Below are positions 1 to 10,416 of a stretch of 64,000 nt of DNA, one piece after another (positions within the stretch are counted from its first letter, which is position 1; each line of letters opens with the position of its first letter). The stretch lies in assembly GCF_032191835.1 (NCBI RefSeq), contig NC_083240.1, forward strand, positions 10,540,001 through 10,604,000, read 5' to 3'. The stretch comes from Heteronotia binoei. Its lineage: Eukaryota. A model generated the notes under the pieces. That model had not been told where the DNA came from and did no database searches. It saw only the letters and a list, made by a program, of their open reading frames with translations. The translations under genes and the position numbers were made by a program.

Positions 1-445
1 CCATTCCAGCAGGTGCCCTTTCAAGGATAACTCCTGCCAGAGCTATGGCTGACCCAAGGCCACTCCAGCAGCTGCAAGTGGAGGAGAGGGGGAATCAAAC
101 CCAGTTCTCCCGGATATCCGCACACTTCACCACTACACCAAACCGGCTCTTACAGTGGTTGTAAGCAAAAGATGACGATGATATTGGATTTATATCCCAC
201 CCTATACTCTGAATCTCAGAGTCACAGAGCAGCTGACAATCTCCCCCCACCCCCCACAACAGACACCCTGTGAGGTGGGTGGGGCTGAGAGAGCTCTCCC
301 AGAAGCTGCCCTTTCAAGAACAACTCCTGCGAGAACTATGGCTGACCCAAGGCCATTCCAGCAGCTGCAAGGGGAGGAATGGGGAATCCAACCCGGTTCT
401 CCCAGATCAAAGTCTGCACCCTTCATCATTGCACCCAACTGGCTG
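1..445 (-). mobile_element. Two tRNA-derived SINE copies/fragments (Squam2/Anolis-SINE2-like, L2-type tail)
   Basis: Same family as the copies at 6500-6771 and 37451-37725: head ...ttaaccactacaccaaactggc, body gctgcccttcaaggacaac, tail gatattggatttatatcccgccc. Confidence 0.8.
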
Positions 446-539
446 TGCTTGTAGCCGCCACCACCTCCTATGGCAGTGAGTTCCACGCGTTAATCACCCT
501 CTGGGTGGAGAGAAGGACTTCCTTTTCTCCCGCACCTAC

Positions 540-680
540 CTGCGCCTTCTCCGGGTAGCGGCAGGTGGCGATGACGAAGTCAGGCGCGGGGCAAGCGGCG
601 AGGAGGCCGCGCACCAGGCCCAGCCCGATCCCGCGGCTGGAGCCGGTGATGAGCACGGAGCGGCAGCGCAGCTCGGCCAT
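540..680 (-). CDS. C-factor/CsgA-like classical short-chain dehydrogenase/reductase, first coding exon (gene continues left of the window)
   Basis: ATG at 680 in gttcgtcATGG context. Translates as MAELRCRSVLITGSSRGIGLGLVRGLLAACPAPDFVIATCRYPEKAQ, with the TGxxxGIG Rossmann motif and a basic residue after beta-2 (ATCR, NADP preference). Ends in phase 0 at CAG|GTAGGT. CpG-rich. Confidence 0.9.
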
Positions 681-736
681 GACGAACACCGGAGCCTGCC
701 CCGGGGCTGATGCGCTGCAAAGAAGCGCCGGGCGGC

Positions 737-801
737 TTTTATAAGGGGAGGCCACGCCCTCCCGGGTCGGGTTTCTTCCTGGGCCCGGGCCCCTGGATTG
801 G
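737..801 (-). promoter_or_regulatory. Core promoter of the SDR gene: TATA box, GC/KLF box, CCAAT box
   Basis: Minus-strand TATAAAA at 737-743, about 57 nt upstream of the ATG. CCACGCCC at about 752-759. Minus-strand CCAAT at 797-801. Confidence 0.7.
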
Positions 802-1085
802 TGCAAGATTTCTGCTCCGGCAAGGGAGGAGCGGGGAGACAAGTTTGGGCTCTGGCTTGGGTTTCCCAGGGATTGCATCCGGAGGGAAACTTCGTTTTCC
901 TCTCCTAGAATCATAGCGTCGGGAGGGACCTCTAGGGTCATCTAGTCCAACCCCCTGCACAATGCAGGAAACTTCTCCTTTGCAAACTTCTCCACCGGCG
1001 TCTGGAGATGAGCCGGGCAGACGACGGAGCCCGAGGAGGCGTTGTAATCGAATCCATGCAAAAGCGGTCTCTCGCGATCAATTTA

Positions 1086-1221
1086 CAGGGGTGGCCAACG
1101 GTAGCTCTCCAGATGTTTTCCGCCTACAACTCCCATCAGCCCCAGCCATTGGCCATGCTGGCTGGGGCTGATGGGAGTGGTAGGCAAAAAACATCTGGAG
1201 AGCTGCCGTTGGCCACCCCCG
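1086..1221. mobile_element. About 135-bp palindromic hAT-type MITE (TIR CAGGGGTGGCCAA)
   Basis: Near-perfect internal palindrome. Sister copies at 20857-20996 (TSD atttagga/atttagaa) and 47387-47518 (TSD ccctacgg/ccctatgg). Confidence 0.8.
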
Positions 1222-2071
1222 TTGGCGGAAACAGTTGGGTTTATTTTATTTTTTAAAACGCAATTATTAAAAGGTAGCACAAGAGCCCCTCTCGACATGA
1301 GGCGTTGTGAGTTCTTTTTAAAAACAAAACGCCCTCTTATTTCGTTATCTACGTGGCCTCCCAAGTTCCTGCCACCCACCCCCAGGTGCTCAAGGTGGTA
1401 TTTGAAACATCACAACAACCTGGAGAGGTAGGCTGACTTTCCTGAATTTGGAGAGTGGCGGAGGAGGAGGAAGATTGATGATGATATTGGATTTTAGATC
1501 CTGCCCTATACCCTGAATCTCAGGGAGGTTTACAATCTCCTTTACCTCCCCGCCCCCCAAACAACAGACACCCTGTGAGGTTGGTAGGGCTGAGAGGGCT
1601 CACAGCAGCTGCCGTTTCAAGGACAACTCTGCCAGAGCTATAGCTGACGCAAGGCCATTCCAGCAGCTGCAAGGGGAGGAGTGGGGAATCAAACCCGGCT
1701 CTTCCAGATGAGAGCCCGCACACTTCACCACTACACCAAACTCTCCAAGAAGACAACCCACAATGACTGGGTCTGCAGAAAGCAGCATCCGTTTCCACCA
1801 GTAACGTTTGCCACCAGTGGGGTCAAGTTGCCATATCCCAGCTGAGAAACACCTGGACATTTGGGGGTGGAGCCTAGAGAGGACACGGGACCTCCGTGGG
1901 GGACAGTGCCACACAGTCCACCCTCCAGGGGAACTGGTCTCTGTAATCTGGAGAAGAGCTGGAATTCTGGGAGATCTCCAGGTCCCACCAGGAGACTGAC
2001 ATCTCTAAGCCTTTCCCGAATCAGCCGGTTGGCTGTGGCTGCCCCGGCTTCTGACTGAGAATGTTTTAGAC

Positions 2072-2467
2072 CAGGGGTGGCCAAACTGTGGCTCAAGAGC
2101 CGCATGTGACTCTTTCACACATATTGTGCGGCTCTTGAAGCCCCCACTGCTGGCTAGGAGAAGGCATTTCTCTGTTTAAATAACTTCTCCAAGCCAAGCC
2201 AGCTGGCAGCTTGGAGAATGCATTCAAAGTTACTGTCTTTCNNNNNNNNNNNNNNNNNNNNNNNNNNNNNNNNNNNNNNNNNNNNNNNNNNNNNNNNNNN
2301 NNNNNNNNNNNNNNNNNNNNNNNNNNNNNNNNNNNNNNNNNNNNNNNNNNNNNNNNNNNNNNNNNNNNNNNNNNNNNNNNNNNNNNNNNNNNNNNNNNNN
2401 NNTGGCTCTCAAACATCTGATCTTTATTCTGCGTGGCTCTTACATTAAGCAAGTTTGGCCACCTCTG
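2072..2467. mobile_element. hAT-type MITE (TIR CAGGGGTGGCCAAAC) spanning the assembly gap
   Basis: Perfect 8-bp TSD TTTTAGAC at 2064-2071 and 2468-2475. Sister copies at 11231-11510, about 13105-13350, about 19665-19952 and 44682-45001. Confidence 0.85.
2242..2402. other. Assembly gap (161 N)
   Basis: Run of N. Confidence 1.
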
Positions 2468-2559
2468 TTTTAGACACTCTTCTGTCTCAGATGTTCTCTG
2501 TTAAACCCCTGGCTTGCTCAGAGATGGTCACTTTTTCTTAAATGCTGGACTTCGATCCA

Positions 2560-3005
2560 TCTCATAGATAAAAGCAAGAAAGAGGCATTGAAATGTCGAT
2601 ATATATGTGCCACGCTTGAAGATAAGAGGGCTTCTTTGTTCTAATATAGGATTGTTTTAATCTGTATGTAAATAAGAGGTGAAGGTTCATGCCTCTCGTA
2701 CATTTATATATAACATAAAAAAAGAGTACAAGCTGTGCCCGTCTCCCTCTATCCAAGACTGAGGTGTGGGAACACTACAGTTTACCTATAGTATTGGACA
2801 GGGGTCGTTGAACTAGAGATACTAGGAAATTTAACTGTTCTTCACAGCTGTGTACTCTGCCACCAGGACTTAGACACGTTGTTCCAAAAAAGGCACCTAT
2901 CTTGCATTAGACAGTCTGGCTGAAATTTTATTTTTAGCAGCAAAAAACCCAGCGATAGCACAAAATTGGAAGAAAAATAGGGTGCCTACAATTTGGAGTT
3001 GGTTT
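2560..3005 (+). mobile_element. Decayed L1/Tx1-type LINE ORF2 C-terminal fragment
   Basis: Plus frame near 2905-3003 reads LDSLAEILFLAAKNPAIAQNWKKNRVPTIWSW, resembling the L1 ORF2 C-terminal A..IA..WK...PT...W pattern. Confidence 0.45.
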
Positions 3006-3561
3006 CACAAGATGTGGGATTAAGAGTCTGCACACTTAACCACTACACCAAACTGGGAGGTGAGTGGGGCTGAGAGAGCTCTCCCAGAAGTTACCCTTTC
3101 AGGGACAACTCTTAATTGCTGAGCAGTCAGGTTAAAACGGATAAAAGGAAGTACTTCACCCAAAGGGTGATTAACATGTAGAAGAAGAAGATATTGGATT
3201 TATATCCCGCCCTTCACTCCGAAGAGTCTCAGAGCGGCTCACAATCTCCTTTACCTTCCTCCCCCACAACAGACACCCTGGTGGGGCTGGAGAGGGCTCT
3301 CCCAGCAGCTGCCCTTTCAAGGACAACCTCTGCCAGAGCTATGGCTGACCCAAGGCCATGCTAGCAGGTGCAAGTGGAGGAGTGGGGAATCAAACCCGGT
3401 TCTCCCAGATAAGAGTCCACACACTTAACCACTACACCAAACTGGCTCTCCAGTTTGTTTCACTGCCACAGGAGGTGGTGGCGGCTACAAACATAGCCAG
3501 CTTTAAGAGGGGATTGGATAAATATATGGAGCAGAGGTCCATCAGTGGCTATTAGCCACGG

Positions 3562-3598
<37 letters not shown>

Positions 3599-4038
3599 AT
3601 ACACACACACATATATTGGCCACTGTGTGACACAGAGTGTTGGACTGGATGGGCAATTGGCCTGATCCTACATGGCTTCTCTTATGTTCTTATGAGAGCT
3701 ATGGCTAACCCAAGGCCATTTCAGCAGCTGCAAGTGGAGGAGTGGGGAATCAAACCCCGTTCTCCCAGATAAGAGTCCGCACACTTAACCGCTACGCCAA
3801 ACTGGCTCTGGGTATGTCAGTTCTGCAGGGGACAGATTACACCTATCCCTACGACAGCCAAGGAGTACCAACAAAGACCACTCTTTAGGCAACATTCTCC
3901 AGTTCATGCAAGGGCTCGTGTTCAAGAGTGCAGGTACCTGCTCCTTGCCTGATATGATTGCAAGCAACAGAGCCACGTTTGAGCTCGATGTGTTGCAGCA
4001 AACGATTATTCAGTTAATTGCAAGCCAATCATTAACGT

Positions 4039-4117
4039 TGGCACATCAAGAACAGGAGACACAGTCCCTAGATTGACATTCTATCTAGCGACTGTGTCTC
4101 CTGTTCTTGATGTGCCA
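4039..4117. repeat. Near-perfect hairpin (28-bp perfect stem, C/C mismatch, 6 bp, 9-nt loop)
   Basis: tggcacatcaagaacaggagacacagtc (4039-4066) is the exact reverse complement of 4090-4117. Inner ctagat/atctag pair. Loop tgacattct. Confidence 0.95.
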
Positions 4118-4433
4118 GGTAGTAACTGGCCTGCTTGAGAAATACAGTTCAAAGAAGAACAGCAGAGTCAGTCATTAGGAAATGGAATTAGGAGGAACTG
4201 TATTCATTTAAAGGAGATTGTGACCACTCTGAGATTCAGAGTATAGGGCAGGATATAAATCCAATATCATCACCTTCTTCTTCCTCCTCCTCCTCCAGCA
4301 ATGGCTGGTTTCAGCAGCAATTTCATCTAACATCTTTACAAGTACACATGTATTCCCATATGCTTTTTTTTTGGGGGGGGGGGGTTGTATTTTTATGTGT
4401 GTGTGTATATGCATGCGCACACACACCTGCGGG

Positions 4434-4625
4434 TCATGGCAACCTCTTAAGACTGATTCCTACTGGGAGTCTGGAGGATATTCGGAGAGGTGGCTGCAGA
4501 AAGCCTACCCCCGCCTCTGGCTCTGGCATTTCAGGGAGGTCTCCCATCCAAGTACTTGCCAGAGTTGACCCTGCTTCGCTTCTGAGATCTGATGAGATTG
4601 GGCTTGCCTGGGCTATCCAAGCTGC
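4434..4625 (-). mobile_element. 5S rRNA-derived SINE (5S-Sauria/SINE3-like)
   Basis: Minus strand reads ctcatcagatctcagaagcgaagcagggtcaactctggcaagtacttggatgggagacc, matching the 5S internal control region (box A to box C), followed by a non-5S body. Confidence 0.75.
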
Positions 4626-5029
4626 ATGCTGTCGAGGAACGACTTGAAAGATTTGCTCTTTTGCTGTTCACTCCGACAGGTCATAAAAGGTATGTGCTCG
4701 AGCCCTCTTTGCCCATCTCATGCAGAGTCTCTGGACTCTGCTCACGAATGCACTATAAGATTCTTCTGGTGTGAACCTCACATGACATGACAATTGAGCT
4801 AATCGTTCAGCGACTTCCCCATACACACAATGCCTAGTCACTCCTACGTACTCTCTTTCAGGAAGATGGTCATCCTATGCAGATACTTCAAACAATGCAA
4901 AGAAGGCAGTGATATCTTCACCAGGCCTTGGAGCTGGGAGCCTTAGCCAGGACCATCAGTCCTGATTTTGGACAAGGTGGTTTTGAAGAATATTTATCTG
5001 TTTATCCATTTTGTCCTAATAATTGGGTC

Positions 5030-5214
5030 CAGGGCTTTTTTTGCAGCAGGAACTCCTTTGCATATTAGGCCACACCCCCTGATGTAGCCAATCCTCCTGG
5101 AGCTTACAGTAGGCCCTGTACTAAGAGCCCTGTAAGCTCTTGGAGGATTGGCTACATCAGGGGTGTGTGGCCTAATATGCAAAGGAGTTCCTGTTCCAAA
5201 AAAAAAAAGCCCTG
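5030..5214. mobile_element. About 185-bp palindromic hAT MITE (TIR CAGGGCTTTTTTT)
   Basis: TSD attgggtc/attgggtt. Sister copies at about 6916-7101, 47834-48015 (TSD cccaatgt/ctcaatgt), 50594-51565 and 54934-55989. Confidence 0.85.
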
Positions 5215-5659
5215 ATTGGGTTAGGTATGCAACTTGTGGTCCATTGGCCCCACAGTTGGCATTACGGGTAATTTCCGCTGACCATTTGGGGCTACAGGGT
5301 GCGTTGATGCAGTCAACAGGGCATTCAACAAAGGGATTCGGTCCGTTGCTCTTTGGCTGTGCAGTATCTGAAGACTCGTCATTGAAGTGGTTTTATTGGA
5401 GCACCCTCCCTTTGCTCTATTTTGCAATCCATCTTGCCATAAGCACAGGTCAGTTGCCAGGTACAAAACACGTTTCCGGAGATCACAAGATAATTCATTG
5501 TGATCTAACATTCCAGGATCCTTTAAATCACCTTCAATGTAAGAATGTAACCGTACCGGTAAATCAGAAAAGACTTTTTTAGTGCAGCGTGACGGTATAG
5601 CGAGCTCTGTGCCATAAATCATGTGGTCGGGCCCAATACCAGATGATGAAGAAGATGAT

Positions 5660-6771
5660 GAAGATATTGGATTTATATCCCGCCCTCCACTCCGAGGAGT
5701 CTCAGAGCGGCTCACAATCTCCTTTCCCTTCCACCCCCCCCCCCACAAAGGGCACCCTGTGAGGTAGATGAAGATATTGGATTTATATCCCGTCCTCTAC
5801 TCAGAAGAGTCTCGGAGTGGCTCACAATCTCCTTTACCTTCCTCCCCCACAACGGGCACCCTGTGAGGTAGAAGAAGATATTGGATTTATATCCCGCCCT
5901 CCACTCCGAAGAGTCTCAGAGCGGCTCACAATCTCCTTTACCTTCCTCCCCCACAATGGGCACCCTGTGAGGTAGATGAAGATATTGGATTTATATCCCG
6001 CCCTCCACTCCGAAGAGTCTCATAACGGCTCACAATCTCTTTTACCTTCCTCCCCCACAACAGACACACTGTGAGGTAGAAGAAGGTATTGGATTTATAT
6101 CCCGCCCTCCACTCCGAGGAGACTCAGAGCGGCTCACAATCTCCTTTACTTTCCTCCCCCACAACAGACACCCTGTGAGGTAGAAGAAGATATTGGATTT
6201 ATATCCCGCCCTCCACTCCGAAGAGTCTCAGAGCGGCTCACAATCTCCTTTACCTTCCTCCCCCACAACAGACACCCTGTGAGGTAGATGAAGATATTGG
6301 ATTTATACCCCGCCCCCCACTCTGGAGAGTCTCAGAGCGGCTCACAATCTCCTTTACCTTCCTCCCCCACAACAGACACCCTGTGAGGTAGAAGAAGATA
6401 TTGGATTTATATCCCGTCCCCCACTCCGGAGAGTCTCAGAGCGGCTCACAATCTCCTTTACCTTCCTCCCCCCACCAACAGACACCCTGTGAGGTAGATG
6501 AAGATATTGGATTGATATCCTGCCCTCCACTCCGAAGAGTCTCAGAGCGGCTCACAATCTCCTTTCCCTTCCTCCCCCACAACAGACACCCTGTGAGGTG
6601 GGTGGGGCTGAGAGGGCTCTCACAGCAGCTGCCCTTTCAAGGACAACCTCTGCCAGAGCTATGGCTGACCCAAAGCCATGCTAGCAGCTGCAAGTGGAGG
6701 AGTGGGGAATCAAACCCAGTTCTCCCAGATAAAAGTCCGCACACTTAACCACTACACCAAACTGGCTCTCC
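5660..6771 (-). repeat. Squam2-like SINE with nine head-to-tail about 104-bp copies of its 3' tail
   Basis: Units start at gaagatattgg at 5660, 5770, 5874, 5978, 6082, 6186, 6290, 6394 and 6500. Only the last unit continues into the SINE body and tRNA-like head (to about 6771). Confidence 0.9.
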
Positions 6772-7489
6772 TGATGAAACTGATTATGAAACTCTTTCAT
6801 CTAAACTCATATTAAGTTCAGAAGCATAAATGACTTTCTCCGCTTGTCAGGCTTCAGAGCTGGATGCCGCGTTTTGGAATACAAATCCACCTGGGAACTC
6901 CTGTTTCACAGTCACCAGGGGTTTTTTTTTGTAGCAGGAACTCCTTTGCATATTAGCCCACACCCCCCTACTGTAGCCAATCTTCCAAGAGCTTACAGGG
7001 CTCTTCGCACAGGGCCTACGGGAAGCTCCAGGAGGATTGGCTACATCAGGGGGGACTGGCCTAATATGCAAAGAAGTTTCTGCTACCAAAAAAAAGCCCT
7101 ATTTGCCACAACACAAGAAAACAACAGTGACAACACAGTATAGATAAGCAACCAAAAAAACAACAGTGCCAAAAAAATCAATCACATAGTTACATTAGAA
7201 AAAAATGTTTCATTCCCTAAGTGCTCAAGCATCAACAAATTCATACAATGATATCAAAAAGGTTAAAAAGGAAAGTCCCACTGATAATATGTCTGTTCCA
7301 CTAAAAGACTCCGAAGAACTTTTCCAATCTTCAATGGGTGTATAACTCCAAATTCATCCAAAAGTACAGAGCCCAACCTCCGATATCGGCTATAAAGGAA
7401 AAAAATTCACCTTTGCGTGATTGCCAGCTTTTTATCACGTTTCACTGTTTCCAGCTTTTTTTTCATAAGCTGATTTTTTTATAATGTCG

Positions 7490-7975
7490 ACTGCGGGGTG
7501 ACATGATAGAGGTTGACAGGATTATGCATGGGATGGAGAAAGTAGAGAAAGAAGTACTTTTCTCCCTTTCTCACAATACAAGAACTCGTGGGCATTCAAT
7601 GAAATTGCTGAGCAGTAGGTTAAAACGGATTAAAGGAAGTACTTCTTCACCCAAAGTGTGATTAACACATGGAATTCACTGCCACAGGAGGTGGTGGTGG
7701 CAACAAGCATAGCCAGCTTTAAGACGAGATTGGATAAAAATATGGAGCAGAGGTCCGTCAGTGGCTATTAGCCACAGTATGTATGTGTATATATATATAT
7801 GCGTGTGTGTATGTGTGTATATATACAAACACACACATATTGGCCACTGTGTGACAGAGTCCTGATCCAATATGGCTTCTCTTATGTTCTTATGTGACGT
7901 GGATTGTTGGACTGGATGGGCCACTGGCCTGATCCAACATGGCTTCTCTTATGTTCTTATGCACCACAGAGTGTT
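7490..7975 (+). mobile_element. CR1 LINE 3' end
   Basis: gcatgggatggagaaagtagagaaagaagtacttttctccctttctcacaatacaagaactcgtgggcattcaatgaaa... ending in the duplicated tail atggcttctcttatgttcttatg. Confidence 0.8.
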
Positions 7976-8039
7976 GGACTGAACGGGAATTCTCACATTT
8001 TGACATATTACTGTTTTATTGCTTTCTCATAGTCATGCT

Positions 8040-8250
8040 ACCCAGATCAAAGGTTTGCTCAATTTGTTAATTTTGCTATTCTGTCCTTGGATCTTAAATT
8101 TGTATCATTTTGCATTCTGAACCACTGCCTACCAGCTCTATGCAGCTCTGCTCACTGTACCCGATTCCTCGTCTGATGAAGCGTGCTTGGAGCACATGAA
8201 AGCTGACGTTCTGAATAAAACTTTGCCGGTCTTAAAGGGGCAAGTGGGCT
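8040..8250 (+). mobile_element. Penelope-like element 3' pLTR fragment with degenerate hammerhead motif
   Basis: cgt-CTGATGA-a-gcgtgc-ttgga-gcacat-GAAAGCT-g-acg at 8170-8208, followed by ttctgaataaaactttgccggtcttaaagg. Same family as 62225-62400. Confidence 0.7.
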
Positions 8251-10053
8251 CCTGCTTTGTTCTATATACCCCACAAGTAATTGAGTAAACATTCCCCCGC
8301 CCCCCACAACTACATTTGATTGATTTGGGGAGCTGCTTTGAAGTCCATTAAGTCAAATCCCTTTGTGGCCCAAGTCGCCTCCGTGTTTGCGCTTCATTTA
8401 ATCCTGGTTGTCAGCACATCAGACAGCGTGCTGGTGCCAGACGGCATTTCTGGGATTCTGCAGAAGCACGCTGATGCAGCAGGAACCGCTGGGAGATGCC
8501 GGCAGCGGCATTGTTTGCGGACGTGCGTGCGTGCACGCGTTCTGTTCCGGGTGTGATCTAAACTCTTTAAACAATGGAGCCCTTCTGCCCCACCCCCCCA
8601 AATTCCTTGACACACGGAACATAACACTAGAGGAAACCCTATTGCAAGGGTCCGATGCATATATGCATATCTATGTATTTTAAACAATGTAATGCCAAGT
8701 CACAGGCAACTTATGGCCACCCCATAGGGCAGAGGTGTCAAATCAAGCCAGGGGCTGAATCAAGCTCTGGAGGGCTCCTATCAGGCTCCCAAGCAACTGG
8801 CTGTTGTCTGCTTCCTTCTGTGTCATAGCTTGCTTTGCCAGGCTTGCTCAATCGCACAGGAGCTACAGAGCAAGGCTTCTGTTTCCTCAGTTGGCTGAGA
8901 CTCCTCCCTGGGGGAGGGGAGAAGGGGAAAGCGGAGCTAGTTTTTTCCAGTCTCTCTCAATTACACAGCAGAGCTACTGAGCCAAGCCTCTCTTCCTTCT
9001 ATTGGCTGAGGCTCCTCCCCCTCCTGGTCCCCTGAGGAATAAAGGAAAGAGCCAGAGCTTCCTTTGCCCAGTTCCCTAGATCACGCAGGAGAGTTACAAA
9101 GAAAGCACTATTAAGATCAACAAGTGCTGGTTTTAGGCATGCTTTATTTTAAGTTTTTAAAAATCTTTGTATTTGTGACTTCTATAAAGTTTATCTCTGC
9201 TACCCGGCATTACGTTTTCTGACACACATGGCCCGGCCCAACGAGATCTCCTTTATGTCAGAACCTGCCCTCACAACAAATGAGTTTGACACCCCTGAGG
9301 GTGTTCAAGAAAAGATGCAAAACAGGAGTGGTTTGCTATTGCCTGTGTCTACATAGCAACCTTGGACCTTCCTTGGTGATCTCCCATCTAAGTACTAACC
9401 TGGGCCAACTATGCACAGTTTCCAAGACCTGACGCGCTTGGGATAGCCTAGACCATCATCCAAGCCGGAGAAGAGACGAAAAGGTAGGTAGGTAGGTAAT
9501 TTTATTTATATCCCGCCCTCCCCGCCGAAGCAGTGCTGACAACCAGGATTAAAAGAAGTCGTCTGTCATTGCCTGCCTCTGCATAGTGACCTTGGACTTC
9601 CTCGGTGGTCTTCTATCCAAAAACTAGTCACGGCTGACTCTGCTTAGCTTCTGAGATCTGATAGGATCAGGCTAGTCCGGGCCATCCAAGTCAGTGCAGA
9701 GAGAAACAGGTGGTTTGCCATCACCCTCCTCTGTGTAGCAACCCTGGTATTCCTTGTCTAGGAATTAATTCGAAGACTTTGAGGTGGCAGAAGTTCAGGT
9801 GGGTGGGACTGATGGTCCATTAGCCTGTAACCTATATCTGAACTGTGACTTCCGGTTACTGTCAGTCTGGCAAAACGTGCATACAAGACTACCGTGCTAG
9901 AATCATTTGCTAATGATTCTTCATTAAAAGCTTCTTTTGCATTTACTCAAGAAGCCTTGTGACAGATTCTGGGCAAAACCTTACACTCGCAAGCACACGC
10001 ACACACAGAGTACTAAAAAAAAAAAAATGAACAGCATTTATTTCAGCACGAAT

Positions 10054-10416
10054 TTTGAGCTGTGGTGCTGGAGAAGACTCTTGAGAGTCCAAGGGACTGC
10101 AAGAAGATCCAATCAGTCAGTCCTAAGGGAAATCAACCCAGACTGTTCCCTGGAAGGTCAGATGCTGAAGCTGAAGCTCAGATACTTTGGCCACCAAATG
10201 AGAAGGGAGCACTCACTGGAGAAGATCCTGATGCTGGGAAAGACAGAAGGCAAAAGAAGAAGGGGACGGCAAAAGAGGAGATGGCTGGACAGCGTTACTG
10301 ATGTAACAAACACAAATTTGAGCAGACTTCGGAGGATGGTGGAAGACAGGAGGGCTGGAATGACTTGGTCCAGGGGGTCGCAAGGAGTCTGACTCGACTG
10401 TGCAACTGAACAACAA
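10054..10416 (+). mobile_element. BovB (RTE clade) LINE 3' fragment
   Basis: Translates as ELWCWRRLLRV...ARRSNQSVLREINPDCSLEGQMLKLKLRYFGH...SLEKILMLGKTEGKRRRGRQKRRWLDSV. Ends in actgaacaacaa. Confidence 0.92.

Larger units (their letters stand above)
3810..5640 (-). mobile_element. Decayed Gypsy (Gmr1-like) LTR retrotransposon remnant: gag/SCAN-like and protease-like pieces, interrupted by younger insertions
   Basis: One minus frame at about 4925-4614 reads PGEDITAFFALFEVSA*DDHLPERE...FTPEESYSAFVSRVQRLCMRWAKRARAHTFYDLSE*TAKEQIFQVVPRQHAAWI (Gmr1-type gag pattern, 2 stops). Downstream at about 3975-3900, AIISGKEQVPALLNTSP resembles the retropepsin ALLDTG motif. Outer limits are uncertain. Confidence 0.55.

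Noticed and set aside
2093-2452. ORFs spanning 2242-2402
   Set aside because: They are artefacts of translating the N gap.
5620-5640. Primer-binding site (TGGTATTGGGCCC) for the Gypsy remnant
   Set aside because: It is not complementary to any tRNA 3' end I recognise, and no adjacent LTR is evident.
5660-6600. CRISPR-like regular repeat array
   Set aside because: The units are whole about 104-bp SINE-tail copies with no unique spacers, there are no cas genes, and the context is vertebrate.
6771-6800. Hammerhead-like CTGATGA...GAAAC
   Set aside because: There is no credible stem II and no PLE context.
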